The notes beneath the pieces are model-generated. The model saw nothing but the letters and a program-made list of their open reading frames with translations, was not told the origin of the DNA and made no database searches. DNA of 64,000 bases from Candidatus Nomurabacteria bacterium (GTDB lineage Bacteria > Patescibacteriota > Saccharimonadia > JAGOAT01), in assembly GCA_020639315.1 (NCBI GenBank), contig JACKGM010000001.1, positions 82,511 through 146,510 of the forward strand, given 5' to 3'. Within the stretch, counting starts at the first letter, position 1, and each line of letters begins with the position of its first letter. Positions 32,619 to 41,248 of this stretch are shown piece after piece. Both the position numbers and the translations under genes were made by a program.

Positions 32619-34834
32619 CCAAAGGTCGAACCTTGACCATTACTGACTGGGGAGGAGAAAAAGATTCCTCCTCCGTGATCTTCTGTCACTCTCTTGACTA
32701 GATAGATACCTAGACCTGTGCCATCACTTCTAGTTCTTTGGGCATTGTCTGCTCGATAGAATTTAGAGAAGAGTTTGGCTTGTTTGTCAGGAGGTACACC
32801 GATACCAGTGTCTGTCACCTGAAAGACTGGGTAGAGGACACTCTCTAGGTCCCCACTGAAGTCTGGCTTGGAAGCGATGTCTGAGGATTGGATGATTGCT
32901 TTTAATTCGCTTACGCTTAGAAGCTTAAGAGTTAGCTTGATTGTTCCCTCTTGGGTATAGTAGATAGCATTATCAATTAGATTCATCACTGCTTGACGGA
33001 TTTTGGCTTTGTCTAAAGCTTGAGGGGGGATGTCTTCAAGGTCTGTTACTAGCCTTAACCCCTTGTCCTCAATACTAGGGATTAGATTCTCTAGCTCTTG
33101 CTTGATTAGTTCCTTGAGGTCTACTGCTTCTCTCTGGATGAAGAATCGATCTTGGGAGATTCTTGAGACATTGAGTAGGTCGTTGATGGTAGAATCCATA
33201 TTGCCGACAGTGGTCATAATCCTTCTAGCAGCCATTGTTTGATCTGAGGTAGCCTTACCTAGCTCTCCGGTGATAAAGAGGTCACTATAGCCCCTAATCG
33301 TAGTGATTGGGGTCTTTAGTTGATGAGATGCCATTGAGAGGAATTCATCCTTGGCTTTGTCTAGAGCTCTTAGGTTCTTGTTGGCAGTGCGGAGTTTTTC
33401 GGTAGCAGACTTAACTTTATGCTGGAGAGTGACATTGAAGTCTTCGATTTTAGCTACTGCTAGGGCATTGTCTAGGGCGATTGCTAAATCATTTGAAACA
33501 ATTGAGAGAGTGGAGTAATCTAAGCTATTGTAGATGTCACCACTTCTCTTTCCGCCTAAAAGTAAGTAGCCATTGAGTTTTTTGTTGTTTACTAGGGGGA
33601 AGATCATACTGAGGCTATTTTTCTGCATGAAAAACTTTTTGTCGCTCTCAGTCAACTCGTCATAGACCGCAGGTTCTTTACCGAAGAGTTGGGGTACTTG
33701 ACTAATCTCACCATATGATCTGAATAGTCCCTTCTTGCCTGATTTCATAAAGTTTTGGTTGTTTCTAAAGTATTCTTGACCATCATCGTCTAAGACTAGT
33801 ATGTTACCTCTCTCGGTTTTGATCGTAGTGTAGATCAGGGCTAGAGTCTTACTAGCGATTGGGGCAAGCTTGTAATTGGAAGAATAGACATCTCCTAGCT
33901 TAGTCAATAGAGCTTGAGCATCATAACGATTTCTAAAGAATAGTTGATCGGTCAATCTCTCAAAGAACTTTCTTAGGATTGGGAAGGTCAGGGCTAGGAG
34001 GGTGGCTAGGAGGATGTAAGTTGCCTGCTGGATTGGAGAAATCTCCCGACCGAGTGGGAATATCCAGAGAGTTGCCCCATAGCCTATGACTATGAATAGG
34101 ATTGCAATTAGGGTGAGAGTGAGGTAGTAGAATAGTGCCCGGACGGTCCATTTGTTGATGTCAAATAGCTTATATTTAGCAATGCTATAACTTGTACTAC
34201 CAACAAGCACAATAGAAAATAGTGGACCAAGTTTAGATAAAGCCCAGTTGCCGGTGATGATTGGTATTATGCCATTTGTAATAGACGCAAAAAAAGCAAA
34301 AATAACCGTTCCGATGATTATATATTTAATCTGATTTTTCTTATCATCATATATCGTATCCAAAGACCTATACCCATTAATAAGGTTTCTAAAAAAAGCT
34401 ATTAAGAAAACCACCAAAGTACCTATATAAACTATATATAGATTATTAAACTCTGGATGGAAGCCAGTATTATCCACGCTTGCTCCAATAATCATAAGGT
34501 CAGAGAAAGCAAGGATACAGGCTAGTATCGAAGAGGTTAAAATAATAACCCTATCATACCTAGATAGAACATTATATATAAATACTTTTGAAAAACTCCA
34601 AATCAATAGTACTAAAAAGTACGCCGAAAAAAAAGCTACTCTGTTAAAAAAATACTTTAACTCAAAGGTGCTAGCAAAGTCTGTATAATAGTTACTGATT
34701 ATCCACACACTAGTAGCTATCGAAAAAATAAAATATATAATATAGTTTATTCCTTTTTGATTCCTAATATATGTAAAGTAACCCAACAGAGAGTTTAGTA
34801 GGGATATCACTATAACCAATAAGAATAACACCAT
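32603..34834 (-). CDS. Sensor histidine kinase HK3 (distinct polytopic sensor; cytoplasmic module identical to HK1)
   Basis: N-terminal ~270 aa are unrelated in sequence to HK1 but equally polytopic. From YILLATLLALTFPILRKFF onward identical to HK1. Confidence 0.85.
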   Translation of the reverse strand: MVLFLLVIVISLLNSLLGYFTYIRNQKGINYIIYFIFSIATSVWIISNYYTDFASTFELKYFFNRVAFFSAYFLVLLIWSFSKVFIYNVLSRYDRVIILTSSILACILAFSDLMIIGASVDNTGFHPEFNNLYIVYIGTLVVFLIAFFRNLINGYRSLDTIYDDKKNQIKYIIIGTVIFAFFASITNGIIPIITGNWALSKLGPLFSIVLVGSTSYSIAKYKLFDINKWTVRALFYYLTLTLIAILFIVIGYGATLWIFPLGREISPIQQATYILLATLLALTFPILRKFFERLTDQLFFRNRYDAQALLTKLGDVYSSNYKLAPIASKTLALIYTTIKTERGNILVLDDDGQEYFRNNQNFMKSGKKGLFRSYGEISQVPQLFGKEPAVYDELTESDKKFFMQKNSLSMIFPLVNNKKLNGYLLLGGKRSGDIYNSLDYSTLSIVSNDLAIALDNALAVAKIEDFNVTLQHKVKSATEKLRTANKNLRALDKAKDEFLSMASHQLKTPITTIRGYSDLFITGELGKATSDQTMAARRIMTTVGNMDSTINDLLNVSRISQDRFFIQREAVDLKELIKQELENLIPSIEDKGLRLVTDLEDIPPQALDKAKIRQAVMNLIDNAIYYTQEGTIKLTLKLLSVSELKAIIQSSDIASKPDFSGDLESVLYPVFQVTDTGIGVPPDKQAKLFSKFYRADNAQRTRSDGTGLGIYLVKRVTEDHGGGIFFSSPVSNGQGSTFGWWVK
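32611..34018. repeat. 1408-bp direct repeat, copy 2 (3' part of HK3)
   Basis: See 28255-29662. The last three codons and stop differ just outside the repeat (GTG AAA TAA versus GTC AAG TGA). Confidence 0.85.
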
Positions 34835-34880
34835 TATAATCTTACTAAAACACTAATATATTAACAAGAATATGAATATA

Positions 34881-35762
34881 TTAAAAAGGAGCTTCTTTAC
34901 CCATATAAAATATTTCTTGAATACCAATTCCCTGAGCTAATAATCTGTATAGTCCATCTTCAGTATGTCTATTCTTAAAGTCTTCCCTGAGTCTATTAGG
35001 GACACCAAACACTGGTGTACTCCTTGGGGAATCTAGATATGGTTTGGCTTCTACGCCAGGATATGTATCAAAAAATAAACCAAACCCTTCTAGATGCTTA
35101 AGCACCCTATCGTCTAGTATAGCAAACCATAGATCTACATTATTGGCTTTTGAGAACTCATTTAAACCATAAAACAACCCTAATATAATATAATCTGAAA
35201 TATCTTCTTCTGATCTTCTATCTTCTCTTCTGAATCCTTTTCTGATAGCTATTGTAGCAATATCTAAACCCACTACACCCATGTCTGTTAAGTCTTTTGA
35301 AGATCTTACTTCTCGACCATTTACCATAACATTCTCTCTCCCCCAACCTCTATTATCATTATCTATGGGGTCTAAAAAAACATCGTCTAAGCTAATCATT
35401 CCTGTCTCCGTATTCTCGATTAATCTCATCGTTCCAACAGGAGTATTGTTTCTTCTATCTACTATTAAAATAAAGTGGCTTGAATCTTCATATTTTTTAT
35501 ATGTATCTCGCATCATCTCGGCTGTGTTGCTTGGAAACCTACCTTCAAATGCTTCACGTTCTATAGTTCTCGCAATATTACTTACTGGATCATTATTTTT
35601 GCTATGTATTAATACAAATGGTTGCTTATCACCTCCTAGCCAATTGGGCGACCCTAGTAATTCACTCAGTAGACTTATAATTTCTGAGTCATTAAGAGCA
35701 TAATTAGGATTACTATCAACTATACTGTATTCGCCAGTATAGCCTTTATTATCAGGAAACAT
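34881..35762 (-). CDS. GNAT-superfamily N-acyltransferase-like protein (FeeM / autoinducer-synthase-fold-like, tentative)
   Basis: 293 aa. The pattern EREAF...Y.KYEDSSHFILIVDRRNNTPVGTMRLIENT...ISLDDVF and a later DIATIAIRKGFR block resemble the N-acyl amino acid synthase / LuxI-like acyltransferase layout. No exact motif confirmed. Confidence 0.35.
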   Translation of the reverse strand: MFPDNKGYTGEYSIVDSNPNYALNDSEIISLLSELLGSPNWLGGDKQPFVLIHSKNNDPVSNIARTIEREAFEGRFPSNTAEMMRDTYKKYEDSSHFILIVDRRNNTPVGTMRLIENTETGMISLDDVFLDPIDNDNRGWGRENVMVNGREVRSSKDLTDMGVVGLDIATIAIRKGFRREDRRSEEDISDYIILGLFYGLNEFSKANNVDLWFAILDDRVLKHLEGFGLFFDTYPGVEAKPYLDSPRSTPVFGVPNRLREDFKNRHTEDGLYRLLAQGIGIQEIFYMGKEAPF

Positions 35763-35770
35763 AATAATTC

Positions 35771-36112
35771 TTAAAACTCTTTAATCTCAATAGAACTAGT
35801 TTCAAAATAATCAGCGGTAAACCTTGTTGCTTCCTCAATATCAAACTTCTTACAAGTATATATATCTACGCTAAAAAATAGTCTTGGTCGCTCCCAGGCA
35901 TAAAAATGTGCTCCCGAAGTTTCCCAATGGATCCATCCAGCCCAGCCAAACTTATCGGATCTATGAGTTACAGGACTTAATAATGTGTGCATTTTAAGAA
36001 CATCTGAGAGTTCTGATAGATAATCCTTGATCTCTCGATCTGAAATCGGCTTTAATGGATAACCCTCTATCACTAACCTTTGTCTATAAATATTGGGTGC
36101 TAAATCTTTCAT
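35771..36112 (-). CDS. S-adenosylmethionine decarboxylase-like (SpeH/PF02675-type) small protein
   Basis: 113 aa. GWAGWIHWETSGAHFYAWERPRLFFSVDIYTCKKFDIEEA aligns by eye with T. maritima SpeH (recalled from memory) [40 protein letters not shown]. The processing-site context reads ETS instead of ES. Confidence 0.55.
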   Translation of the reverse strand: MKDLAPNIYRQRLVIEGYPLKPISDREIKDYLSELSDVLKMHTLLSPVTHRSDKFGWAGWIHWETSGAHFYAWERPRLFFSVDIYTCKKFDIEEATRFTADYFETSSIEIKEF

Positions 36113-36224
36113 ACTGACTATATTGTAAATAATATTTAACTCTTAGAACACTACAACATTTTTATTATACCATAATATAATAAACCTTTCTCCGGCCAGA
36201 AGCTAGCTCCGGCCGGATTGTTGA

Positions 36225-37307
36225 CTACCTACCTAATATTAGTGGTATACTTTTAACTTTCTCCAAAATAGGGAATGGTAATAGTATAACTGCACTCAAT
36301 ATCTGTCCTAGTAATACCAAAGTTAAGACTGCAATATCCCCCTGTCCAAAACCAGACTCAATACCAAGCATTGGATCAGCAGAATCAATTAAATAAACAA
36401 AGTTTGGCTTAATCAGATATTGTGCCAAAATCACTGCTGTCCCTAGAACCGGGACATTGTGTACAATGAACCACATTCTACCCTGACCCCTAGTCATGCC
36501 CATGTCTCGCGTTGTATTAATGATCGGCTTTAGCCAAGTCGACATTGTCAACATGGTTAATACATAGAATGGCAACATTACAAAAGCGATAATTCCCGCC
36601 ATTGTCATCACCAGACCCCCCACGCTATCTTCCCCATATCCCCTGTTGTTATCCATGAAATTCTCATGAGCTATAACAGTATAACCTGGTATAGTGGTTA
36701 CTAGGGCTAAATCAGGGTCAAGAGTTAGTCCAAGACTGTAACCTTTTCCTGGTTCCGATATTCCTGTAAAATCCTGCATAGTTACGTAGACTCCTGAGCC
36801 ACCTGCGCCAGCAGTACCCTTTACAAAGCCAGACACTTCTAACTCAATAGATGAAACTTCAAGTTGACCTCCTATTTCCACATGACAACTATCCTTGATA
36901 GTTTCATCTATAAGAACTTGTCCTGGATTTGGCCAATTACCTTGTGTCACCTTGGGGAAAAGGTTACTTTGACTGGCAAAAATTATAATGGGTTGAGAAC
37001 ACTGCATGTCCACTGTAGAGGCAGTAGAATACTTTCTAGATACCCCTATCCAACCATCCGGGAGATCAAACATTACTTCTGGATCTTGAACCATATTATT
37101 AGATCCGTCTTGAACAAGCCAAAAGGCTTGTTCAAGCCCAGGAAGCGACATTAGATTATCCCCACTCTCCTTAACGGCTGTACGAATATTTAGCACTACC
37201 GGCAACATCGCAATCACCAGTGCTATCATAAACGCAAGAATAAAAAAAGAAAACTTCTTACTCCACCAATGACGAACCGTTGAAATAATTGCGTACTTCA
37301 GGTGCAT
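36225..37307 (-). CDS. FtsX/MacB-like ABC-transporter permease, no adjacent ATPase
   Basis: N-terminal TM (LKYAIISTVRHWWSKKFSFFILAF...), ~200-aa extracytoplasmic domain, three C-terminal TM helices with a TTRDMGMTRGQG loop (equivalent to the R.EIG.lrA.G motif). Start moved to ATG 37307. Confidence 0.55.
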   Translation of the reverse strand: MHLKYAIISTVRHWWSKKFSFFILAFMIALVIAMLPVVLNIRTAVKESGDNLMSLPGLEQAFWLVQDGSNNMVQDPEVMFDLPDGWIGVSRKYSTASTVDMQCSQPIIIFASQSNLFPKVTQGNWPNPGQVLIDETIKDSCHVEIGGQLEVSSIELEVSGFVKGTAGAGGSGVYVTMQDFTGISEPGKGYSLGLTLDPDLALVTTIPGYTVIAHENFMDNNRGYGEDSVGGLVMTMAGIIAFVMLPFYVLTMLTMSTWLKPIINTTRDMGMTRGQGRMWFIVHNVPVLGTAVILAQYLIKPNFVYLIDSADPMLGIESGFGQGDIAVLTLVLLGQILSAVILLPFPILEKVKSIPLILGR

Positions 37308-37603
37308 TTTGTACCTTTCTGATATTGGTAGTATGTACAATCAACACCCCCATACTACCATAATATGGGACTAATAGGAAATCTGAGAGTAAATGGGATA
37401 AGGCTAGAGCCAACTGGCCACTAATACTTAACCGGCTTAGTATTCATTTTGAAGGGAGAATTGGAATGTAAATTGTGTGAGCTAATCAGTGGGAGTTTAC
37501 ACAATGGGGTTGACAGTCTGAGTTTGGTCTCTGATATACCCTAGACTAAGACTCCAACAGTGAGGTGCTTGACTAACTTAGTCCACCACTTTACGATTAG
37601 ACT

Positions 37604-37854
37604 ATGTCGGACCTAACTGTCCACAAGGCAAAAACCCATTTATCGAAAATCCTTCACCAAGTAGACCAAGGAAAAGAGTTCACTATCTACCGAGGTGACC
37701 AGCCAGTAGCCTTACAAACCTCGATCCCTAAACACAAAAAAAACAGCGTTCACCCGGTCTATGGCAAGACCCAGACAGTCCTATTAGCCCCGATCAACAG
37801 CTAGAGAGTCCTGACAATGCTGATACTATCATAGCTGAAATGTTCAATTCATGA
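37604..37854 (+). pseudogene. Phd/YefM-type antitoxin, frameshifted in an A8 run
   Basis: N-terminus MSDLTVHKAKTHLSKILHQVDQGKEFTIYRGDQPVA. Adding one A to the A8 run 37736-37743 restores ...GLWQDPDSP...AEMFNS*, ending in TGA 37852-37854, which forms ATGA with the toxin start. Confidence 0.6.
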
Positions 37855-38239
37855 ACAAGTACTTATTGGATACTCATATTCTGCTCTGATGGCTCTATGA
37901 TAGCAATAAACTTTCCAAAGATCATAGAGGGATTATTACCGACCCGATCAACAATGTTTTTTCTCAGCTATTAATATCTGGGAGATACTCTTAAGCTACA
38001 AGCTTGGTAAGCTGAAATTAACCGACTCAAATATTGATTCTTTAGCCAATCTTAGCTCCCTAACAGACCTACAAGAACTTAGCCTATCTACCAGCCACTT
38101 AGTGACCTTCCAGGAGATTGATTTCAAATATAATGACCCTTTTGACAACATCCTAATCTCCCAAGCAATAGCAGAAGATCTGACCCTACTAACCGTAGAC
38201 CGGAATATTCTTGACCAAGGTCTAGCCAAGACCTGCTAG
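37851..38239 (+). pseudogene. vapC: PIN-domain VapC-type toxin, inactivated (nonsense plus frameshift)
   Basis: MNKYLLDTHILL*WLYDS (TGA at 37887-37889, where family members have Trp). Frameshift in the T6 run 37957-37962. The shifted frame reads FFSAINIWEILLSYKLGKLKL...DPFDNILISQAIAEDLTLLTVDRNIL, the typical VapC C-terminus. Confidence 0.7.
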
Positions 38240-38249
38240 CTAGGACCAA

Positions 38250-38412
38250 TAACCCTGTTGCCATATAAACTTGCGAGGTCAAAGCTGATGATTTTTATTC
38301 CAGAATACCAAAACACGACAAAGCATAACAGGAGTTACGCTGCGAAGTGTTTTGCTATTCTGGGGCAAAAATGGCAGTTTTGAAGCCGTGAGGTTATATG
38401 GCAAAAGGGTTA
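38250..38412. mobile_element. MITE-like element, family C (copy C2)
   Basis: TAACCCTGTTGCCATATAAAC ... TATATGGCAAAAGGGTTA. Inverted relative to C1. Confidence 0.75.
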
Positions 38413-38436
38413 ATGTCTAGATCGGGAATTTAGTGG

Positions 38437-38598
38437 TATAGCAAGCTCAAAACAAAACCGGACAATTTGAGCTGTACTATAGAGAACTAGAAAGGTAGTT
38501 CTTCTTAAGAGCCATATTCATAGATATGGTGAGTAAGAAAACTAGCTTTATAGACTCTAGAGTGGGGTTAAAAGTCTGGTTTTGTTTTTAGCTTGCTA
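38437..38598. mobile_element. Family-B MITE inserted into a fragment of a family-A arm
   Basis: The flanks GGAATTTAGTGGTA and CAAGTCAGTGTGTTGGGTCTGTAAC correspond to the family-A arm GGAATTTAGTGGTAAGTCAGTGTGTTAGGTCTATAG. Confidence 0.7.
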
Positions 38599-38602
38599 CA
38601 AG

Positions 38603-40861
38603 TCAGTGTGTTGGGTCTGTAACTACATACATGATGGTTAATGCCAATCTAATACCCCGGTCAAAGCCATCGACTCGGCTTGGGTTATCTTTATATGTCT
38701 CTTGATGTAATCTTATAAGATCGTAAATATACCTAGACAATACTGGGTCGCTATCTACTAACCTAGATATCTCCATATAGTCATAGCTCAATATAACTGA
38801 TAACTTTTCCATATTTACCTGATCAATATCTAAATGTTCTAATCCTACCTCTGACCTGCCAAAATAATGACTAGACAAATGAGCTTCACTATGCAACCTA
38901 AGGTCGGCTGACTTTTCTAATGCAAGCTTCTCAAGGGCGGGACTTAAAGCGTGGTGTTTTCGCAAAAAACAAAATATTTCCATCGCCCCAAGGTAGCCCA
39001 CTTTAAACCCCTCTATGTATTGTTTTATATCCTTAGAATCTATTGGTAAATCCAGCCTACCAAGCATCTTTAAAAACTTACTCTCCCTCTCCAATATTTC
39101 CCCCAAAAATCGGTATTTACCAAATAAAGCTATTGTACTCTCACTAAGTCTTATCTCGTCAGGTCTAGTTAAATAATCATTGGCTAGTAGGTTACTATCA
39201 GACGAATCATAGTGATGGTCATAGAGCTCCATTAGCAGCTTAGGTTCTCGAGTCAAATCTACTATAACCCTTTCTAGCCCCCGGAATAATCCAGGGTCAC
39301 TTTCATCAGAACAAGTCACATTGATTTCAAGCCGTTTACCTGTAATATTTAGTAGTATCCTCAACCCAGGTGTGCTATCGATATCAAGCAAGCAAAAGAT
39401 TACAAATTTACTTTTCTTTGGCTCAATTTCAGATATAAGATGAACCAAATGCTCTAGCATCGCACCCAACTGTCTCCTATCTATAATATCAGGAATCGAA
39501 TTATCAAACTCAATAGCCACATTATCCCAATGATATTCACTATTAATCTTACCCTTACCTTGATCTATAACCTCTAAAATTCTACCCCCTAGATCAATAA
39601 CCTCAAACTCTGACCCGTGTACAAGTCCTTGTCCTAATTCCTGACATAAACCACCCCTAAGCTCTTCTATATATAATCCCAAAAAGTTAACCCCTAGATC
39701 AAACCCTGTTTCGAGTGCACCCAACGAACTCTCAACCTCTAGTTTAGCCTGTGTTCCTAGTACCCACTTGGCCAAATCAGTATACTTTGTGAGACTTAAT
39801 TGGCTCAATGTGACTTGATAGCTGTTCAAAATAAAGTCTTCCCTGTTGACCAACTCGCTCACCTCCTTTATCTTCTCAGGATTGAGCAACCAGCCAAACC
39901 CGGGATACTCATTACTTTTTGTGCGTTCTGTACTTAATTCTTCGGCATTAAGCAATAAAGCCATTGTCGCTACGCCCAAAGTAAAGCCGTGAGTAATACT
40001 CAATTCTTCTAATTCAGGACTCTCTATCTCACAGCAACTTTCATAGTAACTTTTCCAGACCTCAAACCATCCGCTTGCATATATTCCATGTCCTATTTCC
40101 CAGATAGTCTCGATGCTAGATGGTTCAAGGTTAAACCCAAGGGCGCATCTACTCAAATCATGCGAAATCCCTGAATCTTCGGGAGGCAAGCCTGAAGTAC
40201 CCGAGGTTTCGCCTAAGTAGGGTTTATCCTTAGATAACCTATCTACACTTCTTGCTTGTATTGTTTTCTGTTTATCTTGCAAATCGATCAAAACCTTCAA
40301 TAAGCAAAAGGCTAGATCAACCCCTTGTAAGTATGACAGTAAATTCTCTTCCTTAGTGCCTAGAATACTGACTCCGGTTTGAGCCTCAAACGCATCTTTG
40401 ATAGCTCTTGCTATATAAGGAAATCTAGAGCTAAGATCCATTGAGTTTAGTACTTCGCTGAAGCTTAGATCCATATCTTTCCCACCTGATAAGCCTAACT
40501 CTGCCCTCAAACTACCACAATCCATAATAATCTGCTCAACCGATAGCCCCTTATCCTCTGCTAAGATATAGGACATCAACCCAAGCCCAAATCTATAACC
40601 ACTACCGACCAACCCATCTGAGTCTTCTCCTAACAAATCATTACTAAGCTGTTCCCACAGCTTACCCCAGCCTGATCCTAGTAATTCTTCACTCATTGAA
40701 TAAATATCTTGATAGACCTTTGGAGTAAACTCAGCTTCAGACTTTGAATTTGGGTACTCTTCCATCTTGCTACTCAACCTATATCCACTGAAACCTAGAC
40801 CCCAATGCATTGTTAAAAAAATCAGATATTGATTCTCTAAAATCATAGAATTGTTGAACAA
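38603..40861 (-). CDS. Large acidic repeat protein (752 aa), unassigned family, paralogue of 41249-43567 and 43592-44275
   Basis: Recurring module: GSGYRFGLGLMSYIL, THGFTLGVATMALLL, ETGFDLGVNFLGLYI, IEGFKVGYLGAMEIF, VDGFDRGIRLALTIMYVV (C-terminal). No TM or signal peptide. The start is uncertain (TTG 40861, or ATG 40846/40810/40765). Confidence 0.65.
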   Translation of the reverse strand: MFNNSMILENQYLIFLTMHWGLGFSGYRLSSKMEEYPNSKSEAEFTPKVYQDIYSMSEELLGSGWGKLWEQLSNDLLGEDSDGLVGSGYRFGLGLMSYILAEDKGLSVEQIIMDCGSLRAELGLSGGKDMDLSFSEVLNSMDLSSRFPYIARAIKDAFEAQTGVSILGTKEENLLSYLQGVDLAFCLLKVLIDLQDKQKTIQARSVDRLSKDKPYLGETSGTSGLPPEDSGISHDLSRCALGFNLEPSSIETIWEIGHGIYASGWFEVWKSYYESCCEIESPELEELSITHGFTLGVATMALLLNAEELSTERTKSNEYPGFGWLLNPEKIKEVSELVNREDFILNSYQVTLSQLSLTKYTDLAKWVLGTQAKLEVESSLGALETGFDLGVNFLGLYIEELRGGLCQELGQGLVHGSEFEVIDLGGRILEVIDQGKGKINSEYHWDNVAIEFDNSIPDIIDRRQLGAMLEHLVHLISEIEPKKSKFVIFCLLDIDSTPGLRILLNITGKRLEINVTCSDESDPGLFRGLERVIVDLTREPKLLMELYDHHYDSSDSNLLANDYLTRPDEIRLSESTIALFGKYRFLGEILERESKFLKMLGRLDLPIDSKDIKQYIEGFKVGYLGAMEIFCFLRKHHALSPALEKLALEKSADLRLHSEAHLSSHYFGRSEVGLEHLDIDQVNMEKLSVILSYDYMEISRLVDSDPVLSRYIYDLIRLHQETYKDNPSRVDGFDRGIRLALTIMYVVTDPTH

Positions 40862-41094
40862 ATTCTATCCATTGTGTAGTAACCTCCCCTGTTATATCAT
40901 AGTTCATAGACTCACTCATATCTGTATTATACAATAGTACTTCGTAAACTACAAAAATAATTAAACCTTTGTTCTGGCTTCTGTACTCGTTAAGATTTAT
41001 GGTTCGAAGAAGCCTTCTTGATTTTTAGTATTTCTATCAGAGGGTCAGCGAATTTTACCTCGAGAATCTCGAGGTTGAGTTGCCAGAAATGCAA

Positions 41095-41240
41095 AAATAC
41101 TGGATCCCCCGTAAGTTCTCCGAACTTCGGAGGATGACAATGCCCTCTGTATGTCATCTTCCAAATTCCTGTAGGAAATTATGGGAGATCCAGCATTTGA
41201 ATTGAAGCCTCAGAAATGCAAAATACTGGGTCCTGACTAT
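41095..41240. repeat. Hairpin-cassette doublet plus a partial unit
   Basis: Reverse unit 41098-41140, then ATGCCCTCTGTA, then forward subtype-2 unit 41150-41195. Partial reverse unit near 41224. Confidence 0.8.
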
Positions 41241-41248
41241 CAATTTTC

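Noticed and set aside
37887-37889. An in-frame TGA at a conserved Trp position of the PIN toxin, which could indicate an alternative genetic code (UGA as Trp or Gly, as in some candidate phyla).
   Set aside because: TGA terminates well-defined genes here, for example the HIT gene at 3801-3803 and HK3 at 32603-32605. Standard-code translation yields intact housekeeping proteins and a 13-kb ORF. The same gene also carries a frameshift, so pseudogenisation is the simpler explanation.
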